A program made the position numbers and the translations under genes. A stretch of 64,000 nt of DNA. Origin: Balanoglossus misakiensis (lineage: Eukaryota > Animalia > Hemichordata). Every line of letters starts with the position of its first letter. Within the stretch, counting starts at the first letter, position 1. Below the pieces are notes generated by a model. That model saw only the letters and a list, made by a program, of their open reading frames with translations. It was not told where the DNA came from and searched no databases. Positions 1 through 42,076 of this stretch are shown piece by piece. Where the stretch lies: contig CM082594.2 of assembly GCA_040954595.2 (NCBI GenBank), forward strand, positions 6,902,840-6,966,839. Reading direction: 5' to 3'.

Positions 1-3000
1 TTTACACACACGGACAACTATTTTACTCTGCGACACTACACTCTGTACCGTTGATTTGTAAAGAATTATTGATCTTCAATCTACAATCCAATTTAGTGAA
101 TTTTTAGCTTTCTTAACTGCCATAACTTATGTCAAGAAATATTATCTCTCGCATGTTTTCAAGGAACACGATTAAGATATTATTAAGACTGAGTCACCAC
201 ACCTATCGGATAACGAGCTCCATAACAGATGACGCATCTTGTCACAGAGCTGTAGAAACGGGAGTGGGTAATTTGGAATATTTCAATTATCACTGCCACT
301 CCTTGCCGTGCCGTGCCACCGAATCGTTCGACACTCTTGTCGGAAATATCATCATCAGAAAAGAAAGTACTTTGAGTAAATTTGTCTTGTTTCAAGTGGT
401 GTATCAACCACAGTATCTTTGTTGGGCAGCATGATGAATGGACAGAGTTCGACTCATCAACAGGACAGACAGACAGACATACAGGCAGGCAGACAGCAAA
501 AGGGAGATAGAACGGGGGGATTTAGAAAATGTTCAGAAAATGCAATCGCTCCGGATATGGACTTATGTTACGGTGGAATCTGACAGTCTGGCATGCTCTA
601 AACACGTGCCTGACGAGTTGTGTCATAAACTGCAAAGACGACTAAACCCGCGGCGCCTGAAATCATAAATTACCCGTGTGTTGCTTACTATACTAGTATA
701 TTCCAAAATAGATCATATTTATATAGAGGACAGTTTTGCATAGCAGAGATCAGATGGACGGAATTAAAGTTAACAGATACTTCTCAAAAACGGTCAATCC
801 TGCTGTGGTGTCCTGATGTTGACGTCACAGTATGTTAACACAGCTGCACCGTATATCACACATTGGACCCACGTGTGGTTTAACCGACACCACCGTTGAA
901 TAGAATGTGCCCGGTGCCCTGCGACCGGATACACCAGAATGTGTGACAGCTGGGAATGAAGTCGAAGTTGTGTCATCTCAATAAAGAGTCCCCCCCCCCC
1001 TAGCTACGATTACACGGACTTGCACCTGCATTGGTCGCCAATAATCACGTTTGCACTGCGAGGGGGGGGGGGACAAATTGTTCCAATTTTAGTGGCAAGC
1101 ATGCGTTGGAAGACATTTAATAATCATTCCAGTACTAAACGTCACATTACTTTGAAGACTGTAAAAATTATGCTTGATTTGCTTGAACTTAGAACTGAGA
1201 CATTCCTTGCGTTGAAATATGGCTGTGCAAATATGCGCTGGGGTAGACAACCAACGCAGTTACCTTTGGGAAAGTGCCAACACTGAAATCGTGTCTCCGG
1301 GGCATGTTAACTGAAGAATGTTGATTTACACATAACACGAGACGTCGAGCCTGGTGTGAAAATATTGAATGGAAAAAAACCCACACGGGGGGATCGGATC
1401 AGAAAAGTACTAGTATTTCGATACATTTGAGCAAGGTATTTTTAACGTAACTGCCCAACAATCCAATACACAAGTCGGCACCGAATTGTGCGCACTATTC
1501 AGCATCCCTTTATGTTCACGTGCCACGTGCGTCTAACATACGACGGCTTTGATGAAAGCGGCCCGCATGTATTATGCAATACACGAAAGCCACGATCATA
1601 ACGTAACTACTTTGTTATTCGTATGTAAGGGCCGTGTTCCTTACCACAATATCCAGTCATGTACACATACACGAAAGGACAATAATGATTTTTTTTTATT
1701 TACGAGATTCATTTGCAACTTTGACAACATTTTAGAAAGTCAAGAGCCAGATTATCAGCACCGACGTCCGTTTTGTTGACACCATTTTTGTATATCAAAT
1801 CTTGAGTGGAATGCCGGGAGGTATCGGAATGTTGCGCCATTAAAATGCCGATCGAAAATATCAATATCTGCGTCATCAAATATGTCCCTTAAAATAGTCT
1901 ATCGAAATGGGAACAGAACTGTTCAACGGCCGGCATTCTAGTCATCACTAACAATCAACTTGTACTTCCAAACTGGCGACAAAGCCGTATGCAGCTGTCC
2001 TCATAGCTGTGGTCACACAGCGATCTTTTTTTCTGCGTGTGATTCTCCGTGATAGTTTAGCCTTTTTGGACAACTCATACCTCTCGAAGCCATCTGATAT
2101 TTTGTGACAATATGCCAGATTAAACGTGACACCTCGGGAACCTGTCACCAAAGAATGATGCTTTCCATAACTCGAATCGATCAAGCTGCGTGTTGAAGTA
2201 TTGAATTAAGAAGACGCCCATGTTATCATTACTCTGTAATTTCATCACTTATCTGTGCGAAGTTATTGCGTTTTAAGCACTGCTACTTCTTGCAATAAAT
2301 GACGATGAAAATGGCGATGATGGTGGAGACGAATTGTTTGAAACAAGCCTCATACCTTTTCTAATAAACAACGAAATCAAAGGATATTGACCAATAAATT
2401 ACCCGTTAATAGTGGGTTGATTACCGAATTGTCCTTGTCTGTTCAGAACAGCCCTGTCACAGTTTCAAATTTCACGTTTCCTCGAAGGCCATAATACACA
2501 CGAAACGGCCAAAATTCCCATGACACTTCGGCCTCTATGGTACATGTAAGACATGTGGTTACAATCACTCAAGCACTTCGTAAGGTTACAAACCACAAAA
2601 AGTCAGTGAGAAACATTCCTTGTGCGACAGTTTTTTTGCAATAAACCGTTCGTGGTGTACGAATGAGCCTCCGGTAATATTTTCATCAACATGATCGGCT
2701 GTTTTCATGAGTGGCATCAAAGATATCTCTACAGAAGCAACAGCCGGGGGCGTTGCCATGACAAGTTACTAACGACGAAGCACTCAAGCCGAAATTTGTT
2801 GACAGATGCGAATCCACTTCGGACGAGTGGAGATTACGTCTTCATGCAGACGACTGCAGGCATGAAAACGTGTAACCCGAGATGACGCAAGACATCACAC
2901 GCATCGCAGAACAATGCCTGGCATGGTATGGATCAGATATAATTGTCATGTGACTTTAAGGTCGACATCTCGAAACAGAATTCTTCCTCGTCAGACCGAC

Positions 3001-3358
3001 CGGTCCAACTGACCTACTTTCTCAACATTGCTCGAGGATTTAATTGTCTTAATTTATTAACGTCGTCTGTGAGACCGGGCGAACGGGAACACTAAACTAT
3101 GCGATGCAACTAAAGCTCTTAAGTTTAGCGTAGTAAGTTTGCTAAGCTTATGTTATCAAAAATCAAAATGTTATTTTCACGAAACACACTTCACAGAAAG
3201 TATGCAGAGTTACCACAATGGAATCAAAACTTTTGGGACAGAAAAAAAAGACGGTCTCTTTTCCCCGAATACGCACGTGGCCTGTTGATATGAAATGTAC
3301 ATCAATGTCCCACACATTTGAAGGCTTTGATGAGTTTTTTTTGAGCAAGTATACGTAC

Positions 3359-3900
3359 CGCATTATATTTATCTGCCGGTCTTTGTCACTTTGACGATTA
3401 CATGGCCTTTTTGCTGTCGCTGATCGGTTGCTGCGTGGCTTTGCTTTTGTGGTGACCGGAGTAGATCTGCGAAGCCAGAATCACCAGGCTGCCGTCGTTT
3501 CCGATGTCGATCACGATCAGTTCGTGGAGCATCTTTGCTTCTTAGAGGTCGATTCAGGTCGATGGTGCGTCTGGCTCGTTTCGGTGGGTGGGTGTTTTGC
3601 CCTCGGTGTAATACAGAATTCGAGACTTCTTCAGTTTGCTGTCAGAGTTCACTCGAAAAAAAGGCGGTTATATGCGAGGAACGATGTTCGGGTCTTGTAT
3701 TCTCTCAGTGGCCGACAAGGCAGCAGGTCCGCGGGACAAGAAGTTCTTCGCTCGTGCTCGGTCGACAGTGACCACAACAAATGAACGTGGGCAGAGAATC
3801 TTCGAAAGTAACGCGTCAAAGCCGGCTGGAATGTGTCAAAACTCTGGGAGTTCGCCAAGTCTGTGATCTGGTAGTGGTGTAACGTCTACTAATAAACTCG
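3359..3900 (-). other. Probable first (mostly 5' UTR) exon of a minus-strand gene running off the left edge, containing a 44-codon upstream ORF
   Basis: GC-richer, CpG-rich block ending ATGCG|gtacgt (ATG at 3363, donor at 3358). ORF at 3398-3532. No downstream exon identified in the window. Confidence 0.4.
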
Positions 3901-6900
3901 ACACGAAAAGGTCCGACAACGACCGGCTTGTTTACGAGGCGTATCTTCGTCCCAGCGCCCTGACATTAACTGAACGAGATCTGACAGCGCTAGGTTCTTG
4001 GACACGTGCCAACGTCTATATCAAGCATGTCATGCCGGGATCCATTTAAATCTTAACTTGATTAAATTACTTACATTCCGCGGAGGGCTTCGGAAGATGA
4101 GTGTTCTGCAGTGTGTATGAACGAGATCAGTTACTCGCGGGTGTACGGGATCTGTTACGATGGACAGGATCAATTACTCGTGATGCGCATCGCAGGGAAT
4201 TGGCACAAACGCGACAAAACAACATGGAACCATGCAACCAAATACGTGTGATAGGGTATATTACCATTTTCCGAAGAAACTTTTCCTCACGTATAATTAA
4301 GACACTAAGTCCAAGAAACCAACCGTTACCTTTCTTATACCGTTCTTCGCAACAACCCAAATTATTTCGGCTCGTAAACGTCATCAAAAGATTTTCATGG
4401 ATCCTAAAGATTTTTCCAGTTCAATCAGCAACTACGCCGCAACGTGGCATCGTGCGGGCTTTCGTACGAGAAAAAAAAATAATGAATTCACCACACCTGG
4501 TCATCACAATATTCAAATAACGAAAATAAAACGAAAAACACACCTGGTCACGAAAACAACAGAAAACTTCTCCTACGTAGGCCTAACAGTTATCAAATTG
4601 GTCAAAAACATTTATAACCAGTTGAATAATTGAAGAGCTTCACTCGCAAAACAGCGACAATGTTTTCGCATTAAAATGTTCACAAACAACAAATTTCAGG
4701 AGATTGAACGTATTTTTCTTTCGCGTTGACACGCCGATTAATTATCTTCAAGTGACGCTGATATAATTGGGTGTTCAACCTTGCGGCATGTGAGCGCTAC
4801 CCTAACAGTGGCTGACACTATGTAGGGAGTAGGGAATATTACGACCCAATTAACCCATACATAAACTCCAATGTCTATGATTAACCTTATACTTTTTACT
4901 TTCAAAATTTCGAAGCCGCTGATTACACACATTCTCGTAATAAAATAAACGTTTTTCTATTGCTCGCTTTTAAGGAAGTCGGGCGCTTTTAAGGAAATTG
5001 AAGAGCAAAATTTGACGCGAATATTAAGTTTACAGTCATTTCTGCAATGCACGTATTTCTGGATTTTGGTACGGTTCACTTGTAAACACTAAAATCGAAG
5101 TGGTCGTAAATATTTCCTAATCTGTAAATTGTTATTCCCGCAGCGGCAGAGAAAAAAAGAAACATCCCTTCCTCTAAAGTAAAGTGTTATCTCTACAAGT
5201 GAAATATTTGTGTCCGAAATTGGCACGCCACTTAAAATGTCGGCAGACGTCCTGTGGCTGTTTTCTTAGTTACATGCAGTGTTCGCGATGAACTCTTTGG
5301 ACATGGTCGGTCATGAGCTACCTACGGCGTTGTTGTTACTTGGCAAAGAGCCAAACCTGCCCATCAGAAAGAGATTAGACGGCAGCTGACATGTACATCT
5401 TATAAAATGAAACCTCGCTGTAATAAATCTTGCCTAATATAGCCAGTTTTAAGTGTTATAGAAAAAAAACACAATTAACTTGAAGTTTTACGCAAAATAC
5501 AAAATAAAAATTACATTTTTTATTAATGTTAAACATATTCACTGGTATGTGTTCAAATTTGAAATATACAATGTACATCATTTTAAAAACGTCTTGAAAA
5601 ATGATAAAACATTCAAAGGAAAGTAGTCTCCAAAAATGCACCAAAATGAATGATAAAATACTTATAACACAGTTCCTACAAGTGTGATAAAGTAGATAGT
5701 TAGCAATTATAAAAAAATGAATATTGGTAAACTTGATAAACCGTTTTCTCACACACACAAATAAAATTTGCACAGAGCCCATCACACAAAGTTTGATCAT
5801 GAAAGGGATTGAAGCACCGAAATTAAATAATGATACAGAGATGTCAATGTCCCCTCCACCTTGATTCTTGAATATATGATAATTCACCTTTTAAACCAAA
5901 ATATAAAAGGAAATCGCACCTGTGAAATGCTGCAAAACCCTTCACCAAAAATCGTACAAATAAGTTCCAAGTGATCAGCATTGTAATATTGTAAAACAGA
6001 TTAATACCCAAAATAGCTGCATCATTTTCAAATATAATAATAAATCTGGAATAAAAACATATAAATACTGTACTCCATATTAAATAGAAAAGCAGTGACA
6101 TAGTGATAATACAATCATTTACTTTTTGGTTTTTATGTTCAGCCATATCTCTCAAAAAGCTGTTTTATATAAATGTATGAAAAAAGGCACTTGAAATAAT
6201 AAGATAAAGCCATCTAAATATGTAGTAGGTTGGATTATCAGAACCACAATTATTTTTCGCTCCTAATCGTATATTTCAGCTGATTTAGATTCTCATTCCT
6301 GCTTGTAAACTTTAATATACCCACCAATCACACAGAAAAGTAGTTAATTGTACTCTCTCATTGTATAATTTACATTTCACTTCTTCTGGGTCAATCATGT
6401 AAATGCATGGACACATAAAGTACATTGTAACATCACATTTTTAACATTACATTTTTATAATATCTATCTATATATTTATCTTTAAATAGCAATGTGAGCT
6501 AATTACCAATGGTGTATACTTACTGCTAACAAAAACTGACTAAATCTAGTTGATTTCTTCATGAATATTACAATGGCAGTACAGACATTTAAAAGACATT
6601 TGAGAAGCAGTAGAGGTTAGATGCATTTAATACTATGATTACCATCCCCTTAGGGATGACCTTTGAACTTTAAAGGCACACTGTAGCTTGTGAGTTACCG
6701 TTTTCTTAGGTTTGCACTGTGTTCAAGTGCCAGATGTTGGGGTGTGACCTTACCTCCTTGTGGAAACTTAAGATTATATTTCGATTTGTTTCATGAAATT
6801 ACCTTCTCAGGTAATGATTAATGCTTGTTTCCATATTAACCCTGCGATAAACTGGCCTTGGATAATATACATGTACAATTTATTTTGAGACTTCCACGGA

Positions 6901-6971
6901 AAATAATTTCAATTGCATGATGTACACCTTGGAATGTCATGACAACCTGTAGACTGTTTGACCAAAAAATC

Positions 6972-30450
<23,479 letters not shown>

Positions 30451-32820
30451 GACTGTACTATCAAGCGATTTGTATAGTTGTAAAACACGAAGGATCCTCG
30501 TGTTACTGTTTTTGGACACCGCGCTAAACCACAATGCAATCTTTCAGACTCAGACGTTCGATCCCGACTGCTGCAAACGATCGCGACCTGACTTACTTCA
30601 CAGAATCACACAAAACAAACTGTAGTCAGCGTAGTGCAGGTCCACTGAACAACAACAACACAACTTTCCATCGTGCTGAAACAGCGGTCTGTTACAAACA
30701 TCGTCGAGTACCGCGCTACTTCTCTCTGTCAAGCCGATCAACGTGTGCGACACTTCTGTAGTACATGTCACATCACGTAAGTGTGTTTACGGAACTGAGT
30801 GGCGGCCGCGATCATTCATATTTGGACTTCTGCATTCGATCAACCCACGCAACACTTCTCAGGTTTATGCAAACAGTCCACAGACACTGGCTGGGCAGAG
30901 AGGGTGTGTTTACCTATACCACGATCGGTTACACAGCGGCTGAAAAGTTTTGGTGAAGATCACGTGACCATGGGTCACCCGAGGTCGCCTATCCTTTGTA
31001 CATGTACATTACAATTGCGTTTTATGCGTCAAAACACACGAAATGCGCAAACTTCCATTCATGTCAATTTCACAAGTTCTTGTAATACCAAAAGTCCTTC
31101 GATTTAGGGTAAAAAGTACCCTAAAAAGTAAACGCGAAGTTTGTATTGCAGAAAAAAGGAAGCCGACAGATCAACACTTAAAAACAAATTTCTACACCAA
31201 AAACTTTTTCGCAAGCATTTTCCTTAAAAAGTATGCTTAACTTGAACGGTCAGTCGGCAAAAATATTAGACTTTCATTCTGAAAATAAAAAGGGGATACA
31301 ATACACTCTAAAAGTGGTGATGACAGGTAAATTTGGAAATACTTTTGGCAGACCTGGATCGATAGCAAAACTTTATGTCTGCCAAATTGGAAGTTTTAAA
31401 TGTCGCACTAATGTTATGCCAAATGCCCCAAAGAGCTAGTCTGTTTGTTTCTTGGACCCGGTATTCTCATTCCGTGAATAATTATGATCATTTGACCTGA
31501 TTTGATGTCAAAACTTTAAACTCTGTCGTATTGTACCCGACAGAACAATATTGGTATTGGTTTTATCAAGAGAGGGCGCCATTTCCAATTTGAAAACGCA
31601 ACACACGACTACTTTCAGAATATTCTAGTCACATCTACAGTACTTTATTGCATGATTTTAGAAAAGACACACTGTATAAAAATCACAGTAAAAATTTTAC
31701 AGTACAAATTATTCTCAGGATCTTTTTAAAAAATGTTGATTGTATATTATCATTTATGAATATCTAGTGTAAATGCGTCTGTGTATATATATCATGAATG
31801 TCACTCAGTGATTTGTAGGTTTACTGCACCTGGCATTGAAAAACTCAAATTTCCTTCTTTTTTGAGGAAGCTGAGCAATATCTGAAAATCAAGTTCACAG
31901 ATTTCCTGAATCTGGCGAAAAGTGACCTTTTTTTTACAGAATATACAAAGTTGGTTGTGATCTTAAAAAACCCATATACAAAGTACACTCAGCTGTTTCT
32001 ATGGAAGGTAAACATAAGACAATAAACCAAGCTCATTAATAAGGTGATTAAACGACATTCCAAATGAGTTGAGCAAGTCTCACCAATTTTGTTTTACTAG
32101 TGCATGATTGCACTTCATTAAACACCATATGTTGCACATAAATTCCTCTCATGAACTTATTTACATTGCTGTTAAATACAACTTTGCATTGGAGAAAAAG
32201 CCTGAGTGTTTTACCATGGTCAGGTTGGTAACCATGACAACAGACAAATCGGTGGCCAACTACGGTACAAAAGGCTACCTGATCTTGAAAAATGAAATAT
32301 GATGCGTAAGTAAGTATACAAGTCAATAATTGTTCATTTTTTTTAATGAATTAGGATAAGTGGATGTTTAATAGTTTCCCCTGAAAGCTCAGGATATACA
32401 CTCATATCAGTTGTAAAACTGTGCAATGAATCACAGCATCCAAACCAATTTAATTGAACAGACGCAGAATATGAAAATTTAAGAGCTCTGTTATATATCC
32501 GGACTTTACGACAAGATTGACTTGGCAATTTCTAAGAGTCGAAATGTCCTGAGTAAATGAGTACATTGTAATTGGAAATTTGGTGAATAAAAATTTCATT
32601 GAAAGTGTAAGAATCACTGGAAGAGCCATGAAATGAAATATTCATGTGAAAAGTGACTCACTTCATTTTTTTTCATAAACCCGCGTAAAATAGAAAAAAA
32701 GAAAGATAGCATCTTAAACAAATCAAAGTGAAAGACACCTGGTTAAGGAGATTCAAATTCAGTTGCATCCACTACCTAAGGTATGGTAGACTATGTTTTT
32801 TTAGGATATCTTGTTTTCCA

Positions 32821-36558
<3,738 letters not shown>

Positions 36559-36591
36559 GGTTGTTTTGGTTCTTCCTGTTTGAAACAGGAT

Positions 36592-36665
36592 GCGTCATGT
36601 GATTGTCACATGACTTCACATGTCAAGGGTTACATGACCGTGGTTACACGTAACCCTTGACATCC
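36592..36665. promoter_or_regulatory. Cluster of CLEAR/M-box-like E-boxes and a 17-bp inverted repeat in the CTSF-PLD3 bidirectional promoter/5' region
   Basis: GTCATGTGAT and GTCACATGAC in tandem (~36594-36614). Inverted arms ATGTCAAGGGTTACATG (36620-36636) and CACGTAACCCTTGACAT (36647-36663), one mismatch. Only about 520 bp separate the two divergent ATGs. Confidence 0.6.
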
Positions 36666-37078
36666 AAGGCGACGGTAAATGAGAATAATCTGCTAGGCAC
36701 AGGGACAGTATTTTTTATAATTGCCTTTTTGGTTTGAGAATGTGTTCAAAAAGAACCATTTTCAAAAACTTAGACAAGTGGGCAAGGCAATAAAAAAGTG
36801 GGCGTGGCCTCAGTTGAAGCACGCCCTCTTCATGACTTCTTTTGTTTTTCAGTAGAAGTGGCCCCAACTTCTTCCGTGTTCCTTGTTCTGAAACATCAGT
36901 CGCCGACACAAACCAGTGCCGTGACTGGATTTCCCGGTGCCCCTCACAGAGAGTGACTGATCTGTGGCCGCTCAGCACTATTTTGTTTGACATGAAATAT
37001 TATTAATCGCCGGAGACCCACCGCGGAAAGTTGGCGAAAGACTGACAGCTAGTGTGTACACTGTAATTCATAACAAAC

Positions 37079-40000
37079 ATGTCTACTGCAAATGGACAGG
37101 TAGGTCGTACACTTCTTGTGACTTCAACAGTTCCTGAAAATAAAGCACGTACAGTCCCATATGTTGAAGCAACTAGGTAAATTTGGGGATCAGATATAAC
37201 GGTTAAAGCGGGAACATTATGTATTCATTGCAAAACAAACCAAGGTGCAGTTAGTTTCACCTATCATGAGGCCAAGCTCTGTGTAATATAAGAACAAGTA
37301 CACAGTAGACAAACAATGACAGTATTGTTCAGTGCGGGATATACATTAAAAACTGGCCCACTTTGGCCAAGCGAGCTGAGGTAAGACCGCGACAAACCGT
37401 AGCGACCTTGAGATATGTTTGATCGATTCAAGCAAAAAGGTTGCGGTTTGTTGTGGGCGTATAAGACTAGAGACAGTGTTTGGAGGTCAGATGATATTAA
37501 TACACACAATTGTTGCCAAATGTTGATAAATGAAAGTGACAACTAGTCGCAATGGTATGTATGTCAATTTGGGTCATGACATCTGACTTGATAACATTCA
37601 ACATGGGGTTTGTTTAATCTATTCAATTTCATCAACCTGACACGGTATTGCTTTTTGTCTTTTCTAGAAAACGCCCAATAAGGCTGAGAAATCTCTGCTG
37701 ATCAACAAAGGTGACAGCAAAGATGATGTGGAAGCTGTCCATCCTAAACACTCCTGCAAGAGTCTCATCCCAATGTTCTGCCTCATCCTCTTCATCATAG
37801 TGGCGGTTGTCGGTATCTCGTTGCTGGTGTACCTCAAGGATGGACCCATGCACCATACCCCACCTCCTCCGTGTACCGACGCATGCATGTAAGTTTTTAA
37901 CCTTGGCTTGTTCTTGTAGTTTTCCATGTCAGTTGCATATACATGTATAGCTTGATCAATATGTGAAAGTAACCCTTCATAGACTGAACAGCGGTATCTC
38001 GCTACTAGGGTTAAAGATCGTGGGGTACCTGAACGCAACAAAATCTTTCAGTCTAATCTTTTCTTCTCCCCTTTACAGCATTACATTAGTTGAAAGTATA
38101 CCAGACAACCTGACATACGAGAAAGGATTCACAAGACACTTGTCGATATACGAGGGATGGAAGAACCTACTCAGTATAGCAGAACGTGATATAGATATAG
38201 CTGCTTTCTATTGGACGTTACGAGGCATTGATGGTCAGTCCGATCCGTCTGATTGGCAGGTGAGTGTTTTACTGACGCAAGCTTATAACTCCAAAGTTCC
38301 TGCCATAGCTTGAGTCAGCTAATGAAGTGTATACTGCAGAGATTATGTAATCAGACATTGTAGAGAGTCATGAAATATCCCAAGTTGAGTCTTTTCGCTG
38401 AGCCGGATCATTTAAATGACTGGCCCAGCCCTTTGAGAAAGGATTAACAAACACTGTAGGATTGTGAAGTCTGGTGGTATGCTTGGTACCTGTCTAGTCT
38501 GTATTCAAGGTTAGTTGGGGATGTTATTCGACATAAATAGATTATTCTTTTCACAGCCCGATCCAAGGCTAATTGATGTAGTGTGTGTAGTTGTTTTTGC
38601 TGCAAGGTCCTCTTTCATATTTCCACACAGGGAGAAGACATCTACGCCGGCTTGCTTGAGGCGGGTACGAGCCGAGGCATCAACCTCAGGATAGCCCAGT
38701 CGCAACCCAACAAAGAGAATCCCTCGTATGACACCATTGATTTAGCCAAAGCCGGAGCGGCTGAAGTCCGCAGTCTGAATTTTGAACGCTTCATGCCGAC
38801 ACACTCGGGGATCCTACACACAAAGATGTGGGTTGTAGACGGCAAGCATTTCTATGTGGGCAGTGCTAATATGGACTGGAGGTCTTTGACTCAGGTACGT
38901 ATTAAAGATGTTTATATCAGATTCGTAGAACTGTACCTTCTGTCTGGATATTTCAAGAGTAACTTTCATTTTGGTAAATTCAAACTATAAGTATGGTAGA
39001 ATATGGCAAAACTCTCTGAGTATATTGAGGAAATATTGTGAACTATATTCTTTTCTTATCACAGGTGAAGGAAGTGGGAGCAATTGTATATAATTGCAGC
39101 TGCCTGGCAAAGGACATGACCAAGATATTCGAGACCTATTGGTTCATGGGAGACCCCCGCTCAAAGTTGCCAGATGAATGGCCGTCTAAGTATGACACAG
39201 TTTACAACTTAACCAGTCCCATGCAGTTGCAGTTGAATGGAACCAATAGCACAGCACTGCTAGCTGTAAGTCTTTGTTGCATATGTGCTTAGGGGGTCAA
39301 ATCACATTATTGTAATTGCATTGTGGGTAAAAAGGTCGACAACTCACTAGTAAGAGTTTTTTTGGAGACATATGTTACCTGTATTGCATGGCTTCTGAGA
39401 TCAGTCTAAAAGTTCTGTTTTTTTTTTGGTAATAAGCGTATAGAACTTTATATCTAAGAAAATGTTTCATGCCTTGTATTTGTGTGTTTTCTATAAAATC
39501 AGAATTCGCCTCCAGAACTGTGTCCAACTGGTCGTAGTACAGACATTGATACTATTCTACATGTCATCGACTCAGCCCAACACTTTGTCAGCATAGCTGT
39601 CATGGACTACATACCGGCCATTGTATTTGAAGAGAGAAGACGGTAAGTCTCTCCTCCAGTGCTTTTTTCTCACATGGAAGATTTTCAAGTTCATTAACTT
39701 TTGTTGAGAATTAGCTTCTTGTTGTTTGGGTCTGCTTATTGAAACTGCTGCTGATGGTGTCATCTGTTATCTCTGACTCTTCACAGCTATTGGTCAGTCA
39801 TTGACGATAAACTTCGCAGAGTGGCCTACGACAAAGGTATCCACGTGAGAATTTTAGCGAGCAAATGGAACCACACTGATCCTCACATGTATTATTTTCT
39901 ACGTTCGTTGGCTGAACTGGATGGTGCGTTGAAAGGTCGAATGGAAGTGGTAAGTTGCATGCATTGTAATATTGGATACATTAACAATATCACAAAATAC

Positions 40001-40712
40001 AGCAGTATCCTGTATATGTACATCACAATACAATAGATAAACAGCACAACAAGATATACTATATCATGTGGTTCATTTTGATACAGTACAACACCACACA
40101 AGAGGACTTTTAAGTCAGACAATTCGTCTGTCTATTTTACATGTACACTCAGGGAAATTGTGTTGTTCTTTCGATGGAAGGGTTAAAGCAGGTTTATCGA
40201 GGGGGTTGTGAATCAAGGTGTATGATAAAATCCAACATACAGTTAATGTGCTATTATTTCAGAAACTTTTTGTGGTACCAGCCTACACAGAAGCTCAGAA
40301 ACAGATCAAGTTTGCGCGAGTCAATCACAATAAATACATGATAACAGATAGTGCAGCATACATAGGTAAGACCATCCCCTGTCACCCCTGCTTAGTATGG
40401 TTTAACCCACCAGGATATGACCTCATGTGACCCTGTATTAAAGATGCATCTTTAGGGGGAAATGAAACAGAAACGAAACCAATATAGATGACTATTGTAA
40501 ATGCAATATTTGTTTCTTTTGATCTGTTTATATCAGGTACTTCCAACTGGTCAGGTGACTACTTCGTGGATACAGGAGGCATTGGACTTGTAGTCAACCA
40601 AACAAATCAGGCCACGCATAACAACCAGACATTTCAGCAAGAGCTCTTGGCGGTGTTTGAGAGAGATTGGTATTCTGAGCATTCGGAACCCATCGATGCA
40701 GTGAAGTGGTAA
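37079..40712 (+). CDS. PLD3: Phospholipase D3/4-family lysosomal 5'-3' exonuclease (type II membrane protein); 9 exons
   Basis: Exons: 37079-37099, 37668-37888 ([26 protein letters not shown]), 38079-38259 ([15 protein letters not shown]), 38631-38894 ([29 protein letters not shown]), 39065-39265, 39503-39642, 39787-39949, 40263-40365 ([12 protein letters not shown]), 40537-40712 ([15 protein letters not shown]). Two HKD motifs. The 21-nt first coding exon is less certain. Confidence 0.93.
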
Positions 40713-42059
40713 ACAGTGGTGGGATTTAAACCTAAATCTCATTCAAATCCAGTTCTGCCTAAATTTAAACTCATAATCTTTTCCTGTGTCGCCTCATGGT
40801 CTTTCAAATTTTTTGTATTAAATACAAAAATTACAAACTGCAAAGCTAGTCAAGCTGATTCCAGTGACTAAAAATAAGTGGCCCAGAGTACTTTTTTCCA
40901 AAAATGTAAAATTTTGACGGAAAGTGTTGCTGTCATAGTACTGTAGCAGTAGTGAAAGTTCTTAAAGTTAATGCAGTGCTTGCCCTAGTATGTTGCCATA
41001 GTTTCCAGTCAGTTTTAATGGTAAAAATGAATGAAGTATAGCTAACATTACAAAAGTTTTCAGTATTTCAGCATAGATTATTCGCACATCTCACAGTGTT
41101 TCGAGGGTTGTTTTTGTGGTATGCATGTTATTGCTTATGCAGATTTACTACATGTAGTTTAATGTACATACTCCACACAGGTTGACGATTATGTCTGTTG
41201 ATTTTTGTTGAAGGGGTTGTAGGTTTTAATTTATTGAGGGTATGATCTGTGTAGTGAAGAATTTCGGGGGGAAATTGATGTGTGTCTGTTTTTGTGTGTG
41301 TCAGACTGTCATTCTGTCTGTCAGATTGTGTGAGTCGGTTGATGGAATGCAAGTTTAGTAGTTCTGCTTGGCAGACCTGAGGTGTATGAAATGCATCTAT
41401 TTCGATGGTATTTTTCCATGGAGCTCTATTTTACCATCAGGACTTGTAGCTGTTGTAGCTATAATATCAACTTGAAAATTTAAAATCATGAAATCTTCAT
41501 ATCATGCACATGCCATTCAAGAGAAACTCAGGGGGAGCTGATTTGAATTTGTAATTTTATGAAATTTGTACATTTTGTAATTGTAACTCCAAACACATCA
41601 AATTAAGTACCCTTTGACCTACTGTGTACATGTACGTGTACGTCCGACATAGGTATATGCATGTGGGACTAAAATAAGATTTTTAGATGAAGCAAGGGTT
41701 CTTCATCACACCCCTTTTTAAAGCTGTTTTCCTACAGGAGAGGCTGCAAGACTTTCCAGAGCAATTCTTTAGTTTGTCATTTCATTTAGAAGTGTTTTAT
41801 TTTTTATTAATATTTCTATTATATTTTGCAAGTTTAACACGGGACATTGCACCTTAGTTATTTCAATATGTACTGTAAAAATCCTCTCTGAATCATGTTG
41901 TGAACTTCATTACTGGAAAGAGATACATCAAAACAATATTGAATCCTTTGAACTGAGCACATTTTGTGTCAGAGTGTTCTTTTTGCCTGGGATTGTAATG
42001 GCGCGACATTTAAAAGAAATGAAAATGCAAACTATTGTAATATGCATGCAACAAAATAT

Positions 42060-42076
42060 AATAAATAAGCTTTATT
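42060..42076. terminator. Adjacent poly(A) signals on opposite strands between convergent PLD3 and ASIC
   Basis: AATAAA on + at 42060-42065 and TTTATT (AATAAA on -) at 42071-42076. Confidence 0.45.

Noticed and set aside
5456-6155. Hydrophobic 143-aa and 103-aa ORFs
   Set aside because: AT-rich sequence in the probable ALK 3' UTR with no recognisable motifs.
30451-30534. N-terminal extension MWFSAV... of the 291-aa ORF
   Set aside because: It starts at a TTG. The first in-frame ATG (30450) directly precedes a signal peptide.
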